Origin: a virus
Virus record (IMG/VR): IMGVR_UViG_3300043496_000175
Location: 32,001-96,000 of that record
Direction: 5' to 3' (one strand)
DNA length: 64,000 bases
How positions within the stretch are numbered: position 1 is the first letter of the stretch; each line of letters begins with the position of its first letter. Shown piece by piece: positions 9,430 through 19,609 of this stretch. The position numbers were made by a program, and so were the translations under genes. Under the pieces are notes generated by a model that was not told the DNA's origin, searched no databases, and saw only the letters and a list, made by a program, of their open reading frames with translations.

Positions 9430-10185
9430 ATGATTTGGCTCAACCCGCTGGATCCGGCAGTTCGGTCCGCTGTTGTCTCAGGAGGGTGGGGGAAGGCCCC
9501 TCACAGTGAAGATGGCCATCCTTTAGCCACCGAAGACGGCATGGACCTGATCACTGTCGCGCTGCAGGTGGCCAGTGAGCTGCTCACCCCTCTGGCTGCC
9601 TACACCGTGCATCCGGCCGGTATCGCCACCGAAGACTTCACCGCCACTCCTGTTCCACACCGGCTCTCGGTCAACTACACCCCGGTTCGCAGGGTGATCA
9701 GCATCGAGCGGGTGCTGGAGGATGAGCTGGTCGAACTGGACACCGTTTGGACTCTGACAGGCAATGACATCCGGTTCCCCCGAACCCGCAGCGTCATCGG
9801 GCTGCTTTGCGAGCCGAGCCGTTACGGTGAAACCCTTCGCGTGACCTACCAGTTCGGCTCCACTATCACCTACTCCGCACGCCGCGCCGTGATCACCCTG
9901 GCGCACCAGATCTGGCTGGAAGCCGCTGGCTGCGATGAATGCGGCGAGTGTGAGCTTCCGGGCCGCACCACCTCCGTGCAGCGTGAAGGCATCTCCTACA
10001 CAATTCTGGACCCCCAGGACTACCTCCGGGACGGCAAGACCGGACTGCCGTCAGTAGACCTTTGGATTTCCACAGCCAATCCCCGTCGGGCTCTTCGGCC
10101 TTCTGCCGTCTACACGCCTGACAGCCCTCCGCCGAGCAACGTCAGCGTCCAAACGGTCCGTCCGGTATGGGTAGCTGGTGTTTAG
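9430..10185 (+). CDS. head-to-tail adaptor
   Basis: CELPGRTTSVQREGISY...GKTGLPSVDLW motif. Confidence 0.75.
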   Translation: MIWLNPLDPAVRSAVVSGGWGKAPHSEDGHPLATEDGMDLITVALQVASELLTPLAAYTVHPAGIATEDFTATPVPHRLSVNYTPVRRVISIERVLEDELVELDTVWTLTGNDIRFPRTRSVIGLLCEPSRYGETLRVTYQFGSTITYSARRAVITLAHQIWLEAAGCDECGECELPGRTTSVQREGISYTILDPQDYLRDGKTGLPSVDLWISTANPRRALRPSAVYTPDSPPPSNVSVQTVRPVWVAGV

Positions 10186-10278
10186 GATCAAGAACGGCCG
10201 GTCCTTATGTCGAGGCCCGGCTGGGCCCGGTGAGCACGACGGTGGGAGCCGGGCCACCTACGGTACGGAGGGACGATC

Positions 10279-10797
10279 ATGACTGAGGTCGTCTACTCCC
10301 GGGGCATCACGCCGGACTACACCATGTCCCTGGCTCCCTCACCTGAGATCACGCTCTACCAAATGGCGGAGCTGCTGCTGAATCGCACCCGCCAGGCGTT
10401 CGAGGAACGAGGCGTGCTGCTGCCGGGACGGCAGATCATCTACATGCCCCCAGCGGTAGTGGACTGTGAGCAGCTCGCGGTGCTAATCGGTGGCTACGCC
10501 CCGACCCCTCCGTGGGAAGAAACGATGACGTGTTCCTCCATCCGGTGGATGGGGAACTTCGACGTGGCGATCTCCAGGGCCACACCAGCCATGCCGAAGC
10601 GGGACAAGGCTCCGACACCCATCGAGATGGGAAAGGCCGCTCAGATCGCCTCAGACGATCTGGAGGGCCTGCTGCGCGTGGTGCAGGGTCTGGGTGAGAT
10701 CGGGCCGGAGTTCCAGCTCGACTCTGGAGCCCCCAACGGCGGCTTCCAGACCACCGTCCTGCATATCCAGCTTCCGTCCTTCGGCGGCCTGGACTGA
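10279..10797 (+). CDS. tail completion/terminator-like protein
   Basis: Position in head-tail module; GGAGG RBS. Confidence 0.55.
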   Translation: MTEVVYSRGITPDYTMSLAPSPEITLYQMAELLLNRTRQAFEERGVLLPGRQIIYMPPAVVDCEQLAVLIGGYAPTPPWEETMTCSSIRWMGNFDVAISRATPAMPKRDKAPTPIEMGKAAQIASDDLEGLLRVVQGLGEIGPEFQLDSGAPNGGFQTTVLHIQLPSFGGLD

Positions 10798-10800
10798 CTC

Positions 10801-11244
10801 GTGGCCACCTACCGAGTGATCATCTACCGGCCGGTGGTGAACCAGTTCCGAGGATGGACCGGGCCCGTGGGTCAGAGCACGCTGCGGCTTGCGCGGATGG
10901 CTCGGAATCGGCAGGTCGCGCTGGTGGGCAAGAAGTCCGGCCGCCTGGCCGACTCGATCAGCGTCGGGGCCCGGACCTACTGGTCCCGAGGCATCCAGAC
11001 CACCGTGGGAGCCAACGCTGGGCAGCGCACCAGAGGCGGGTACGGCGGCTACGCGGTGATGAATGAGGAAGGCACCCTGCCGCACCGCATCACGCCGAAG
11101 AAGCCCGGTGGCCAGTTGATCTTCTACTGGGCCAAGGTCGGCCGAGTTGTACACCTGAACGGGGTGAATCATCCCGGGAACAGGGCATACCATTGGGCCA
11201 CGCGAGGCATGGCCGCAGCTATGGCCACATGGCGGCGGAGTTGA
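10801..11244 (+). CDS. neck protein (HK97 gp10-like)
   Basis: SGRLADSI, EGTLPHRITP, VNHPG motifs. Confidence 0.7.
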   Translation: MATYRVIIYRPVVNQFRGWTGPVGQSTLRLARMARNRQVALVGKKSGRLADSISVGARTYWSRGIQTTVGANAGQRTRGGYGGYAVMNEEGTLPHRITPKKPGGQLIFYWAKVGRVVHLNGVNHPGNRAYHWATRGMAAAMATWRRS

Positions 11245-11264
11245 TGAGATGAGATGGAGATCAG

Positions 11265-11726
11265 ATGGCGAGTAAGACGTTCCGCGTCGCAGTGCAGACG
11301 GAGAGAATCAGCTTCACGCTGGAGTACCTGCAGGGCGGCAAGCCCGCCAGCAAGGTGTTCAACTGCCGCCCCACCGTTCCGGTCGGGCTGATCCTGCAGT
11401 TCGCGGACATCGGCAGCATGAAGGACGAAGACGAATCGTCCGGTGCTGTGGCGATCGACATGATCAAGCAGCTCTACCAGGCCGCGATCGTGCCGGAAGA
11501 GTTCCCGGCGTTCGAGGCACTTCTCGATGATCCCGACGCGGGCATCACCGTAGACATGTACTCCGAGATCGCTGGGTGGTTGGCCGGTGAGTACACGGCC
11601 CGCCCTACTGGAGAGAACTCGGAAAGTTCGCGACCAGCTTCCTCGTCTGGGACCGACTCGACGGTTGGTGCCTCTCCCGTGGTATTGAGCTACTCGAAGT
11701 CGGTGCCAGTAGAGGCTTCGGCCTGA
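11265..11726 (+). CDS. tail assembly chaperone
   Basis: Upstream of tape measure; WLAGEYTARPT motif. Confidence 0.75.
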   Translation: MASKTFRVAVQTERISFTLEYLQGGKPASKVFNCRPTVPVGLILQFADIGSMKDEDESSGAVAIDMIKQLYQAAIVPEEFPAFEALLDDPDAGITVDMYSEIAGWLAGEYTARPTGENSESSRPASSSGTDSTVGASPVVLSYSKSVPVEASA

Positions 11727-11893
11727 TCGAATACTGGATGGAAGACACCGGTGCGATCAGCAAGGAAGAGCACGAAGCCAGGGAGAACTTCCGTACTTCT
11801 CTGGTGAGATTGGGTAAGCAGGTCACCGACCAGCAAGAGGGCAGGGGTCCAGACCTTTCGATGGTCCCACCGCATTTGGTGGGGAAGCGATAG
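11603..11893 (+). CDS. tail assembly chaperone, -1 frame extension
   Basis: Open -1 frame from 11591 to TAG 11891-93: PYWRELGKF...WDRLDGWCLSRGIELL...HLVGKR. Confidence 0.6.
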   Translation, partial: PYWRELGKFATSFLVWDRLDGWCLSRGIELLEVGASRGFGLIEYWMEDTGAISKEEHEARENFRTSLVRLGKQVTDQQEGRGPDLSMVPPHLVGKR

Positions 11894-11908
11894 ATCGGAG
11901 GCACTGCC

Positions 11909-14900
11909 ATGGTGGTCGTCGGAGAAGCGGTAGTTCGCCTTCGGGTGATCAGTGACCGCCTTGCCTCTGACATCCGCGAGGCCGTCAAAAAGGGCCTCTC
12001 CGACGCCAACGCCGACATCGATGCCGAAGGTGAAAAGGCCGGTGACTCCTTCGGTGAAGGCGTCAAGAAGGGCATCCGCAAGCAGACCAAGAAAATCGGC
12101 AAGGAGATCGAGCTTACGGCTCGACGCTTCACGGCCGACGCCAGCGGTGTCATCGATGATGAGGGTGACCGGCTGGGCCGCCAGTTCACCACCTCCATCA
12201 GCAAGGGCCTGTCTGATAGCGGTGGCTGGGCGGAAGTAGTTCGAGTCACCCAGGAGAACTTCGAGCGGGTCTCCGAGAATGTCCGGACCGTCGGGGAAGA
12301 CGCCGGGAAGTCCTACACCGACGGCGTCCGACGGCAGCTCACCGCCGGGATGAAGGAGATCGGTCCCGGCATTCAGGACGATGTTCGCCGCGCGTTCCAC
12401 ATGCGCCCCGGGGACATCGATGACGACGGCGAGATAGCCGCACAAGGCTTCGGGGACGGGATCGACAAGGGTCTCCGAAGCCGGTTCGCCAAGGTTCGGC
12501 AGTCCGTGGATGACATGGCCAATGACATGGCCTCGCGTCTCGGCAATAACTACAGGTCCTTCCAGGACTTCGGTTCAAAAGCTGCCACCAATGTCAGGGA
12601 CTCCTTCAGGAATCAAATGAAGGAAGTCCGGCAGTCCATCAAGGACGAGTTCACCGGCATTACTCGTAACCTCCGGTTGGGGCTTCCAGACTTCGATCGA
12701 GTTGGACGGGAAGCAGGGGAAGCAACTACCCGGGGTGTCCGCCGGGGCTTGCTGAGAGACCGCGCCACCATGTTCAAGGCCTTCTCCGGTCTTGGTGGCG
12801 ACTTCATGCGGCACTTCAACTTGGGTATCGGCGCGGCCCGTATGGGTCCGGCCATCATCTCCCTGGTCGCCCTCGCTGCCCCCTCGGTGCTGTCCGCCGC
12901 TGCCGGTCTGGCCACCGCGCTCGGTGCCCAGCTCGTCTCTGGTATCGCTGCTCTTGGTCCGGCAGTAGCAGGAGCCGGAGGTGTAGCGGCAGCAGGATTG
13001 GCCACTCTGGCATTGAACGTCGGCTTGGTGATGGCTGCATTCAAGGCCGGGAACCCTGAGATCGATGCGGCCACAGAGAAACTCAAAGGTCTTGGAAAAG
13101 TCCTGGGGACTCCGATCGCCAACGGCATGGCGAAGGGATTCACCTCCTTTGTCGATGATCTCGGATCCGTTCTTCCACAGATCAACGACCTGCTGGCCGA
13201 GACTGGCGCGGCGTTCGGCAGAGTCTTCACCAAACTCGGTGAGACGATCAAGAGCGGTGACAACCTGGATCGGATCAGAGGGATCCTGGCCACCAACAAC
13301 TCGTTCATCGACAAGTTCGGTGACGGTCTGGCTGGTCTCACCACTTCCTTCCTGATTCTGTGGGACGCGGCGAAGCCGTTTATCGATGCCATCGGCAACG
13401 CCATTGCACAGTTCGGGACCTGGGCTCAGGCCACGTTAGAGGCAAAGGAAGCCAACGGGGAACTGGCCTCCTTCATGGAGACCACCCTGGCCCGCTTCAA
13501 GGAGGTTGCCAGCTCCATCGGAGACGTGCTCGTCGGTCTCTACAACATCGGCAAAGCCGCTGAGCCGTTCGGCCGGTCCATGGGGGATCTCAGCGAAAAG
13601 TTCCGCGCCTGGACGGAGAGTGATACCGGTCAAGAGAAGATGACCAAGTTCTTCGAGAAGGCACACATCCTGGCCGGTGGCCTGGCAGACATGTTCTCCG
13701 GCATCGGCAGTGCATTCGCCAACGCCTTCATCAACATTGATCCCGGGCCGATCCTTGAAGTCTTCCGCATCATCGGGGACAAGATGGCCCCAGCACTGGC
13801 GGAGCTGTGGAACCAGGTGCAGTCCGGGGCTGGTCAGAACTTGGTCAAGATCTTCGATAACCTCGCCACCGCGCTGCAAAAGATCGCTGACAACGGCAGT
13901 TTCGAGATCATCGCCAAGTTCATCTCGGACATGCTGGTCAAGATCAGCGAGTTCATTGCCTCCGACTTTGGAGCCACCATCGCTGGCTGGCTGATCCCAC
14001 TGACGCTGTTTGGCGGGCTGTTCACCAGCCTCATCGGACCGATCACCACCGTGCTCGGACTGTTGTCTGGTCCGGCCTTGGCGGTGGCTGCCGTCATCGC
14101 TGCCATTGCCGGGTTCTTCGTGTTGGTGTGGACGCAGTCCGAAGCCTTCCGGACCTCGATCGAAGGACTGGTCACCACCCTCGGTGGCACCTTCTCCAGC
14201 ATCTGGGACGAGATATGGCCCAAGGTGCAGCGGCTGTGGGAAGTGGTTGTCAAGCTGGCGCAGGCGGTGGGTGATCGGCTCGGTCCAGTGATCGAGTTCC
14301 TGACCCCGATCATCGCTGCTGCGTTCGAGACCCTTGGCACCATCTTCGGTTTCATCATCGACCACGTCACCGAAGTGATCGACTTCGTCGCCAACATCCT
14401 CAATGGGGATTGGGCAGCAGCTTGGGACAACGTCGTCGCGATCGTGCAGAACGTCTGGGACCTGCTGGTGGACCTGTTCGGTGACATCATCGCCGGGATC
14501 GGTGAATGGTTCGGCAAGATCCCAGAGGTTCTCGGCGGGGTTTGGGAGCGGATCGAGGACGGGGCGGTCAAGGCTTGGGAAGACTTGTTGACTTGGCTTG
14601 AGGGGATCTGGAACGACATCGTTGCAGCAGCAACACAGATCTGGAGTAATATCACTGGCTTCTTCTCAGGCATCTGGAACGACATTGTTGTTGCAGCAGA
14701 ACAAGTTTGGACCAACATCACTGACTCCTTCTCCAAGGGCTGGGAAGGATTGAAGTCGTTCTTCTCCACTTTGGGGGGAGAGTTGCGGAAGATCTGGGAT
14801 GTGATCTGGGCATTCGCTGTATTGCCGTTGGAGATCACCTGGAACCTGATCATGCTGATCTGGAACGGGATCAAGGACGGCCTGTTCGAGGCGTGGAACT

Positions 14901-16243
14901 GGATCAAGACCAAGGCCGAAGAGATCTGGAACGGGATCAAGGACTTCTTCGGCGGCATCTGGAACGGTGTCTCTGAAGCAGCCACTGAGGCCTGGGACAT
15001 CATCACCACTGAGCTGTCCGAGAAGTGGGAGGGTGTCAAGACCAAGGCGTCGGAGATCTGGAATGGGATCACCGAGTTCTTCTCTGGTATCTGGGATGGC
15101 ATTGCCACCAAGGCATCTGAGGTGTGGGAGACCGTCTCCACCTTCCTGTCGGAGAAGTGGGAGAGTATCCGTCTCGCGGCCGAGACAGCCTGGAACACCA
15201 TCACCACGTTCTTCGCCGGTATCTGGGACGGTATCTCTGCCAAGGCCAGTGAGGTGTGGGACACGATCACCACCTTCCTCAGTGAGAAGTGGGAAGGGAT
15301 CAGGGTTGCCGCTGAAACGGTCTGGAACACTGTCTCAACCTTCTTCACCACCAAGTGGAACGAGATCTCAGCTACCTTCCATTCGATCGTTGATCCCCTG
15401 GTTGATTGGCTTGGGCAGCGGTGGAACGACATCAAGGCTGCAGCGGAGACAGTCTGGAACAACATTTCGTCGTTCTTCTCGACCAAGTGGACTGAGATCA
15501 CCAACATCTTCCACACTGCAGTGGAAGCGGTGAAACAATGGCTCTCTGATCGCTGGGAAGACATCAAGAGCGCTGCGCAGACGGCGTGGGACACTCTTTC
15601 TGGTCTTGCACGTACAGCCTGGGAGAACGTCAGTAAGGCCATTCATGAGGTTGTGGATCCGATTCTCGGATGGCTGTCCGAGCGTTGGGAAGACATCAAG
15701 AGCGCCGTCACCACAGCGTTCGATGCTCTTGCTGGCCCGGTACGTGCTGCGTGGGACGCGGTTTACAGTGCCATCGTGGAGCCAGTTGTCAACGCTTTCA
15801 CTACTTTGAACGGGTGGATCACTAGCATCAAGGAACTGATCCAAGGAGCTTGGGACTTCGTCACCGGCAAGGTGGACGACATCAACGCCAAGATCGGTGA
15901 GGCTGCCACAGCGCAAGCTGAGTTCAACGCTGCGCACCCCGGAGGAGACGCTGGTATCTTCGCACCAGCCGCTGCCGAAGGCGGCATCCTCCGCCCAACG
16001 CCGGGTGGACAGATGGTGCGCGTGGCGGAGGCCGGGCAGGCCGAACGTATCGAGCCACTGGATGCCACCGGCCTGTCGCAGCGTGACCACGCCATCATCG
16101 AGAAACTCAGCGGAGCTGTCGGCGGCGGCAACACCATCATCGTCAAGATCGGGGAGACCGAGCTGACTCAGATCGTTGACACCCGCGTCGTCCGAAACAA
16201 TGAGCGCACGGGCAGAAGCCTGCGGAACGGAGTGCGGGTCTGA
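11909..16243 (+). CDS. tape measure protein
   Basis: 1444 aa, hydrophobic segments, Trp-periodic (~11/22 aa) repeats. Confidence 0.95.
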   Translation: MVVVGEAVVRLRVISDRLASDIREAVKKGLSDANADIDAEGEKAGDSFGEGVKKGIRKQTKKIGKEIELTARRFTADASGVIDDEGDRLGRQFTTSISKGLSDSGGWAEVVRVTQENFERVSENVRTVGEDAGKSYTDGVRRQLTAGMKEIGPGIQDDVRRAFHMRPGDIDDDGEIAAQGFGDGIDKGLRSRFAKVRQSVDDMANDMASRLGNNYRSFQDFGSKAATNVRDSFRNQMKEVRQSIKDEFTGITRNLRLGLPDFDRVGREAGEATTRGVRRGLLRDRATMFKAFSGLGGDFMRHFNLGIGAARMGPAIISLVALAAPSVLSAAAGLATALGAQLVSGIAALGPAVAGAGGVAAAGLATLALNVGLVMAAFKAGNPEIDAATEKLKGLGKVLGTPIANGMAKGFTSFVDDLGSVLPQINDLLAETGAAFGRVFTKLGETIKSGDNLDRIRGILATNNSFIDKFGDGLAGLTTSFLILWDAAKPFIDAIGNAIAQFGTWAQATLEAKEANGELASFMETTLARFKEVASSIGDVLVGLYNIGKAAEPFGRSMGDLSEKFRAWTESDTGQEKMTKFFEKAHILAGGLADMFSGIGSAFANAFINIDPGPILEVFRIIGDKMAPALAELWNQVQSGAGQNLVKIFDNLATALQKIADNGSFEIIAKFISDMLVKISEFIASDFGATIAGWLIPLTLFGGLFTSLIGPITTVLGLLSGPALAVAAVIAAIAGFFVLVWTQSEAFRTSIEGLVTTLGGTFSSIWDEIWPKVQRLWEVVVKLAQAVGDRLGPVIEFLTPIIAAAFETLGTIFGFIIDHVTEVIDFVANILNGDWAAAWDNVVAIVQNVWDLLVDLFGDIIAGIGEWFGKIPEVLGGVWERIEDGAVKAWEDLLTWLEGIWNDIVAAATQIWSNITGFFSGIWNDIVVAAEQVWTNITDSFSKGWEGLKSFFSTLGGELRKIWDVIWAFAVLPLEITWNLIMLIWNGIKDGLFEAWNWIKTKAEEIWNGIKDFFGGIWNGVSEAATEAWDIITTELSEKWEGVKTKASEIWNGITEFFSGIWDGIATKASEVWETVSTFLSEKWESIRLAAETAWNTITTFFAGIWDGISAKASEVWDTITTFLSEKWEGIRVAAETVWNTVSTFFTTKWNEISATFHSIVDPLVDWLGQRWNDIKAAAETVWNNISSFFSTKWTEITNIFHTAVEAVKQWLSDRWEDIKSAAQTAWDTLSGLARTAWENVSKAIHEVVDPILGWLSERWEDIKSAVTTAFDALAGPVRAAWDAVYSAIVEPVVNAFTTLNGWITSIKELIQGAWDFVTGKVDDINAKIGEAATAQAEFNAAHPGGDAGIFAPAAAEGGILRPTPGGQMVRVAEAGQAERIEPLDATGLSQRDHAIIEKLSGAVGGGNTIIVKIGETELTQIVDTRVVRNNERTGRSLRNGVRV

Positions 16244-17793
16244 TGCTAAGGATTGACAAGACCGAGATCAGGGGTCTGGTACGGGTATCAGGCATCGTCC
16301 CCAACGGAACACTGCGCGTGGAACGTTCAGTTCCGGGATCGGCACCGTTCGTGCTGCGGAACGCCGGTTCGATCATCGTGACTGACCAGGGGTTCTCCCT
16401 GGAAGACAGTGAGGCACCCATAGGGGTGCCGGTCACCTACACAGCGTTTGACCGGCCCGGGGTGTGGCCAGGAGAGCACCTCGATGAGCGTCTGGTGCAA
16501 CGGAACTACGTTCTCACTCCGACGCTGTCTCATGGTCAGCAGAGCTGGACACCGGGAGCGGCCAGAACCTTCAGCATCAGTGGAGCCAACGGATTAATCG
16601 GAGCCAACGCCAGCGGCACCGGTATCAGTGGCCGGACAATCGCGGAAGTCGGTGTCGCGCAACTGAAATCAAACACCACTTACTTGGTAACCGGGTTGGT
16701 GAAGTTCAAGACACCTGATGTTTGGACCTGGCAGGACGTGAAGAGTTTCGGAACTTGGGCTGCGGTAAAAGCTGCCAAAGCCAACTGGCAGGCTGTCATG
16801 TCTTCGGTTCCCAGTGGCACATCCGGGACGGACCTGGCTCAGATGTCGATCAGCCTGTCCAACGGGACCACGGATTATGTGACTCCTGTTGTGGCGTACA
16901 CGATCCCCCTGTCCCGTAGTAACGAGTTTGTGCATGTTTCGATCATGTTCACCACCCCGTTCACCATCCCACCGAGTGCCCGGCTGCGGCTGCTCCATGG
17001 GACCAGCACCCGTGAGAAGTCGATGACGTGGGAGGTCACCCAGTTTTCCATCATGACCGCCGCTGATGCTGCCAAGGAGTGGCGTCTGGCATACATGGAC
17101 GGGGACACCCCGGTCCCGCCGCGAGCAGCGGATTACATCGTGCAGAACAATGATTGGGAAGACCGGAGCGGAGACGCTTACATCGTCTGGGATGGGGTGC
17201 CTGGTAACTCCGGTTCCAGATTCATGGGTCCGTCGTACATCTCAACTTCTGCTACTACGACGCTTTACCCTCCGACTGGTACCCCGTGCTCTCCGGTGCT
17301 GCTATCGGATCCGGTTAACAGTGCGCTGGCACTGTGGTTTGGGCTGGCCGCGATCGATGACCTCAACTATGCCGCCAGAGCTGCCATCTTGTCGGTGATC
17401 AATCGGCCGGACTACATCAACTCTTCCTCGGTGCGGCAGACCGCTGATGGCGGGATCCAGTTGTTCACCAACACGCTGAAGGAACGGAGCGTGGCGCTGA
17501 CCCTGTTCCGTCCTGGCCGAGTACTGCTGCTGCGGAACCCTGATCCGGCTTACCCCGAGAACATGTGGTACCTGGGGATCGGCAATGTCACCGAGAGCCG
17601 CACCATCGGTGATGATGCCCGGCGGCCAGAACGGACCTGGGACGTGCCATTCGCCGTGGTGGAACGGCCAACCGGTCTGATTGAAGCCAGTTCCGGAACT
17701 ACCTGGCAGCAGATCAAGAACTCGGGCAAGACCTGGGCAGATCTGCGAGTTGATCACGCTGACTGGCTGGCTGTTACTTTGGACGCTCCATGA
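16243..17793 (+). CDS. minor tail protein
   Basis: TGATG-coupled to TMP; DSEAPIGVPVTY motif. Confidence 0.75.
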   Translation: MLRIDKTEIRGLVRVSGIVPNGTLRVERSVPGSAPFVLRNAGSIIVTDQGFSLEDSEAPIGVPVTYTAFDRPGVWPGEHLDERLVQRNYVLTPTLSHGQQSWTPGAARTFSISGANGLIGANASGTGISGRTIAEVGVAQLKSNTTYLVTGLVKFKTPDVWTWQDVKSFGTWAAVKAAKANWQAVMSSVPSGTSGTDLAQMSISLSNGTTDYVTPVVAYTIPLSRSNEFVHVSIMFTTPFTIPPSARLRLLHGTSTREKSMTWEVTQFSIMTAADAAKEWRLAYMDGDTPVPPRAADYIVQNNDWEDRSGDAYIVWDGVPGNSGSRFMGPSYISTSATTTLYPPTGTPCSPVLLSDPVNSALALWFGLAAIDDLNYAARAAILSVINRPDYINSSSVRQTADGGIQLFTNTLKERSVALTLFRPGRVLLLRNPDPAYPENMWYLGIGNVTESRTIGDDARRPERTWDVPFAVVERPTGLIEASSGTTWQQIKNSGKTWADLRVDHADWLAVTLDAP

Positions 17794-18896
17794 TCAAATG
17801 TTCTCAGCTTTTGAGAGACTCCGCTGCCTACTCGCAGACCACCAAGCTCGTGGTGGACATTCTGCAAGGCAACACGGTGGTGTTCCCGGACGTCCCGGTA
17901 CTACCTGGATCCTGCAAGATCTCCCAGGACCGAGGGTCCAAGACCAGGATGACGTGTGACGTCTCAGTGATCCTGGCCAACCGTCCAGATCTGAACATCA
18001 CCAACACTTCTCACCGATTCTCAGTGCGGCGGGGGTTCCAGAGCCTGGGAGTGGCGGAGACGATCAAGCACGGGATCTTCCGGATCGATGACATCAATTA
18101 CAACGACGACGGCACCATCGACATCGCCGGATCCGGCCTTGAGGCCTACGTTATCGATGCCCGATTCCCGACTCCACGCACTCCTCCCTACGGGCTGTCA
18201 ACGATCGAGTACATCAAGACGTTGATCACCGAAGTGCTTCCAGGGCAGATGATCTCGGTGGAATGCTCTAAAGACAAAATCATTCAAGCGCGGGCTCCTT
18301 GGAAGTTGGAGCGGTGGGACGCGATCGAATCCTTGGCGCAGAGCATCGAAGCTGAAGTCTTCGCTGACTACCGGGGTCTCTTCGTTATCCGGGACATTCC
18401 CACGGTTGCCCCTGATCGCCCAGCGGTCTACACCATCAGAGAAGGTGTAGGCGGCACGCTGATGGGACGGAAACGGAAGGTAAGCCGGGACAAGGTCTAC
18501 AACGCCATGGTGTGTTCCGGGCAGTCCTCGGATCAAAAGGTCCCGCCGGTGTGGGCGATGGCGATCGACAACGACCCCACCAGCCCAACCTATTACTACG
18601 GCCCGTTCGGTCAGGTGCCAAAGTTTTTCTCTTCACAGTTTTTCACTACCTACGACCAGTGCCTGGCATCAGCCAAGCGGCAACTGGTGGAAGCGCTCGG
18701 AGCTAACGAGCAGCTGTCAGTACAAGCGCTTCCGCTGACGTTCCTCGAACCGGGAGACCTGATCAACGTTGAAGTCACCAAAGGCGTGATGCTTCGCCGG
18801 ATCTTGGAGAAAATCTCGTTCGTGGCGGACTATGACGCAGCCGTGGACATCGACACGCTGTCACCCAAAGATCTCTCAGAGGTGGAGGAAGGATGA
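17790..18896 (+). CDS. minor tail protein (DUF5047-like)
   Basis: GIFRID, ERWDAIESLA, SPTYYYGPFGQVP motifs. Confidence 0.75.
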   Translation: MIKCSQLLRDSAAYSQTTKLVVDILQGNTVVFPDVPVLPGSCKISQDRGSKTRMTCDVSVILANRPDLNITNTSHRFSVRRGFQSLGVAETIKHGIFRIDDINYNDDGTIDIAGSGLEAYVIDARFPTPRTPPYGLSTIEYIKTLITEVLPGQMISVECSKDKIIQARAPWKLERWDAIESLAQSIEAEVFADYRGLFVIRDIPTVAPDRPAVYTIREGVGGTLMGRKRKVSRDKVYNAMVCSGQSSDQKVPPVWAMAIDNDPTSPTYYYGPFGQVPKFFSSQFFTTYDQCLASAKRQLVEALGANEQLSVQALPLTFLEPGDLINVEVTKGVMLRRILEKISFVADYDAAVDIDTLSPKDLSEVEEG

Positions 18897-19588
18897 GTCT
18901 TTACCTCACCCAACTCGCCGCCATGGGCGGTCCGAAGCTGGAATGGATCCAGGCCCGGGTCTTCTCCATCATCGGCGGGGACATCACGTTGACCTACGGC
19001 AACGGGCAAATTCGGTTCGCTGCTTGTCTGGCGTCCTACACGCCCGTGGCGGGTGACTACGTGCACTGCTTGAGTTTGGAAGGCCAAGGCGTACTGATCT
19101 TGGGGAAGGCCAGTGCTACCGGGTCCACGCCGCCGCCGGAAATTGCCCAGGCACCGGTGGTCTACACACCAGTGAGTCTGGCTACCTGGGATGCCACCTT
19201 CAATACGTGGGTACCCGATACGTTGCTGCAGGGACCCACCACCACGGGCATCTGGTTCTACTCCCCCACCACATTTGCCTCCATGGCAGGCAAGACCATT
19301 CAGAAGGCCGAACTGGAAGTCACGAGGACCTCCGGCGGTCCGTTGGAGATCACCCCACACCTGATCAGCAACACTACTGGCGGTCTTGTGCTGTCAGACG
19401 ATCCACCGATTCTGCCCACGGACCCTGCTGCCAACGTGGCCACCTGGGTCCCGATCCCCTTGGGCTGGGCAACTGACCTGGTCAATGGCACCATCAAGGG
19501 ATTCGCCATCACCGCTAGCTACGAACAGACCGGTGTTTACTCCGGCGGTGGCAGGGTGCGTTTGACGCCGCTATCTGTGACGATATGA
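18893..19588 (+). CDS. minor tail protein
   Basis: LASYTPVAGDYV N-terminal motif; ATGA coupling. Confidence 0.65.
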   Translation: MSLYLTQLAAMGGPKLEWIQARVFSIIGGDITLTYGNGQIRFAACLASYTPVAGDYVHCLSLEGQGVLILGKASATGSTPPPEIAQAPVVYTPVSLATWDATFNTWVPDTLLQGPTTTGIWFYSPTTFASMAGKTIQKAELEVTRTSGGPLEITPHLISNTTGGLVLSDDPPILPTDPAANVATWVPIPLGWATDLVNGTIKGFAITASYEQTGVYSGGGRVRLTPLSVTI

Positions 19589-19609
19589 GTATTGACGGAA
19601 GGAACCACC

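Noticed and set aside
10214-10255. Inverted repeat ggcccggct/agccgggcc as an ncRNA or terminator
   Set aside because: Short GC-rich stem with a long loop and no U tract; may be chance
14400-15900. DNA repeats in tape measure gene
   Set aside because: Ordinary Trp-periodic TMP repeats
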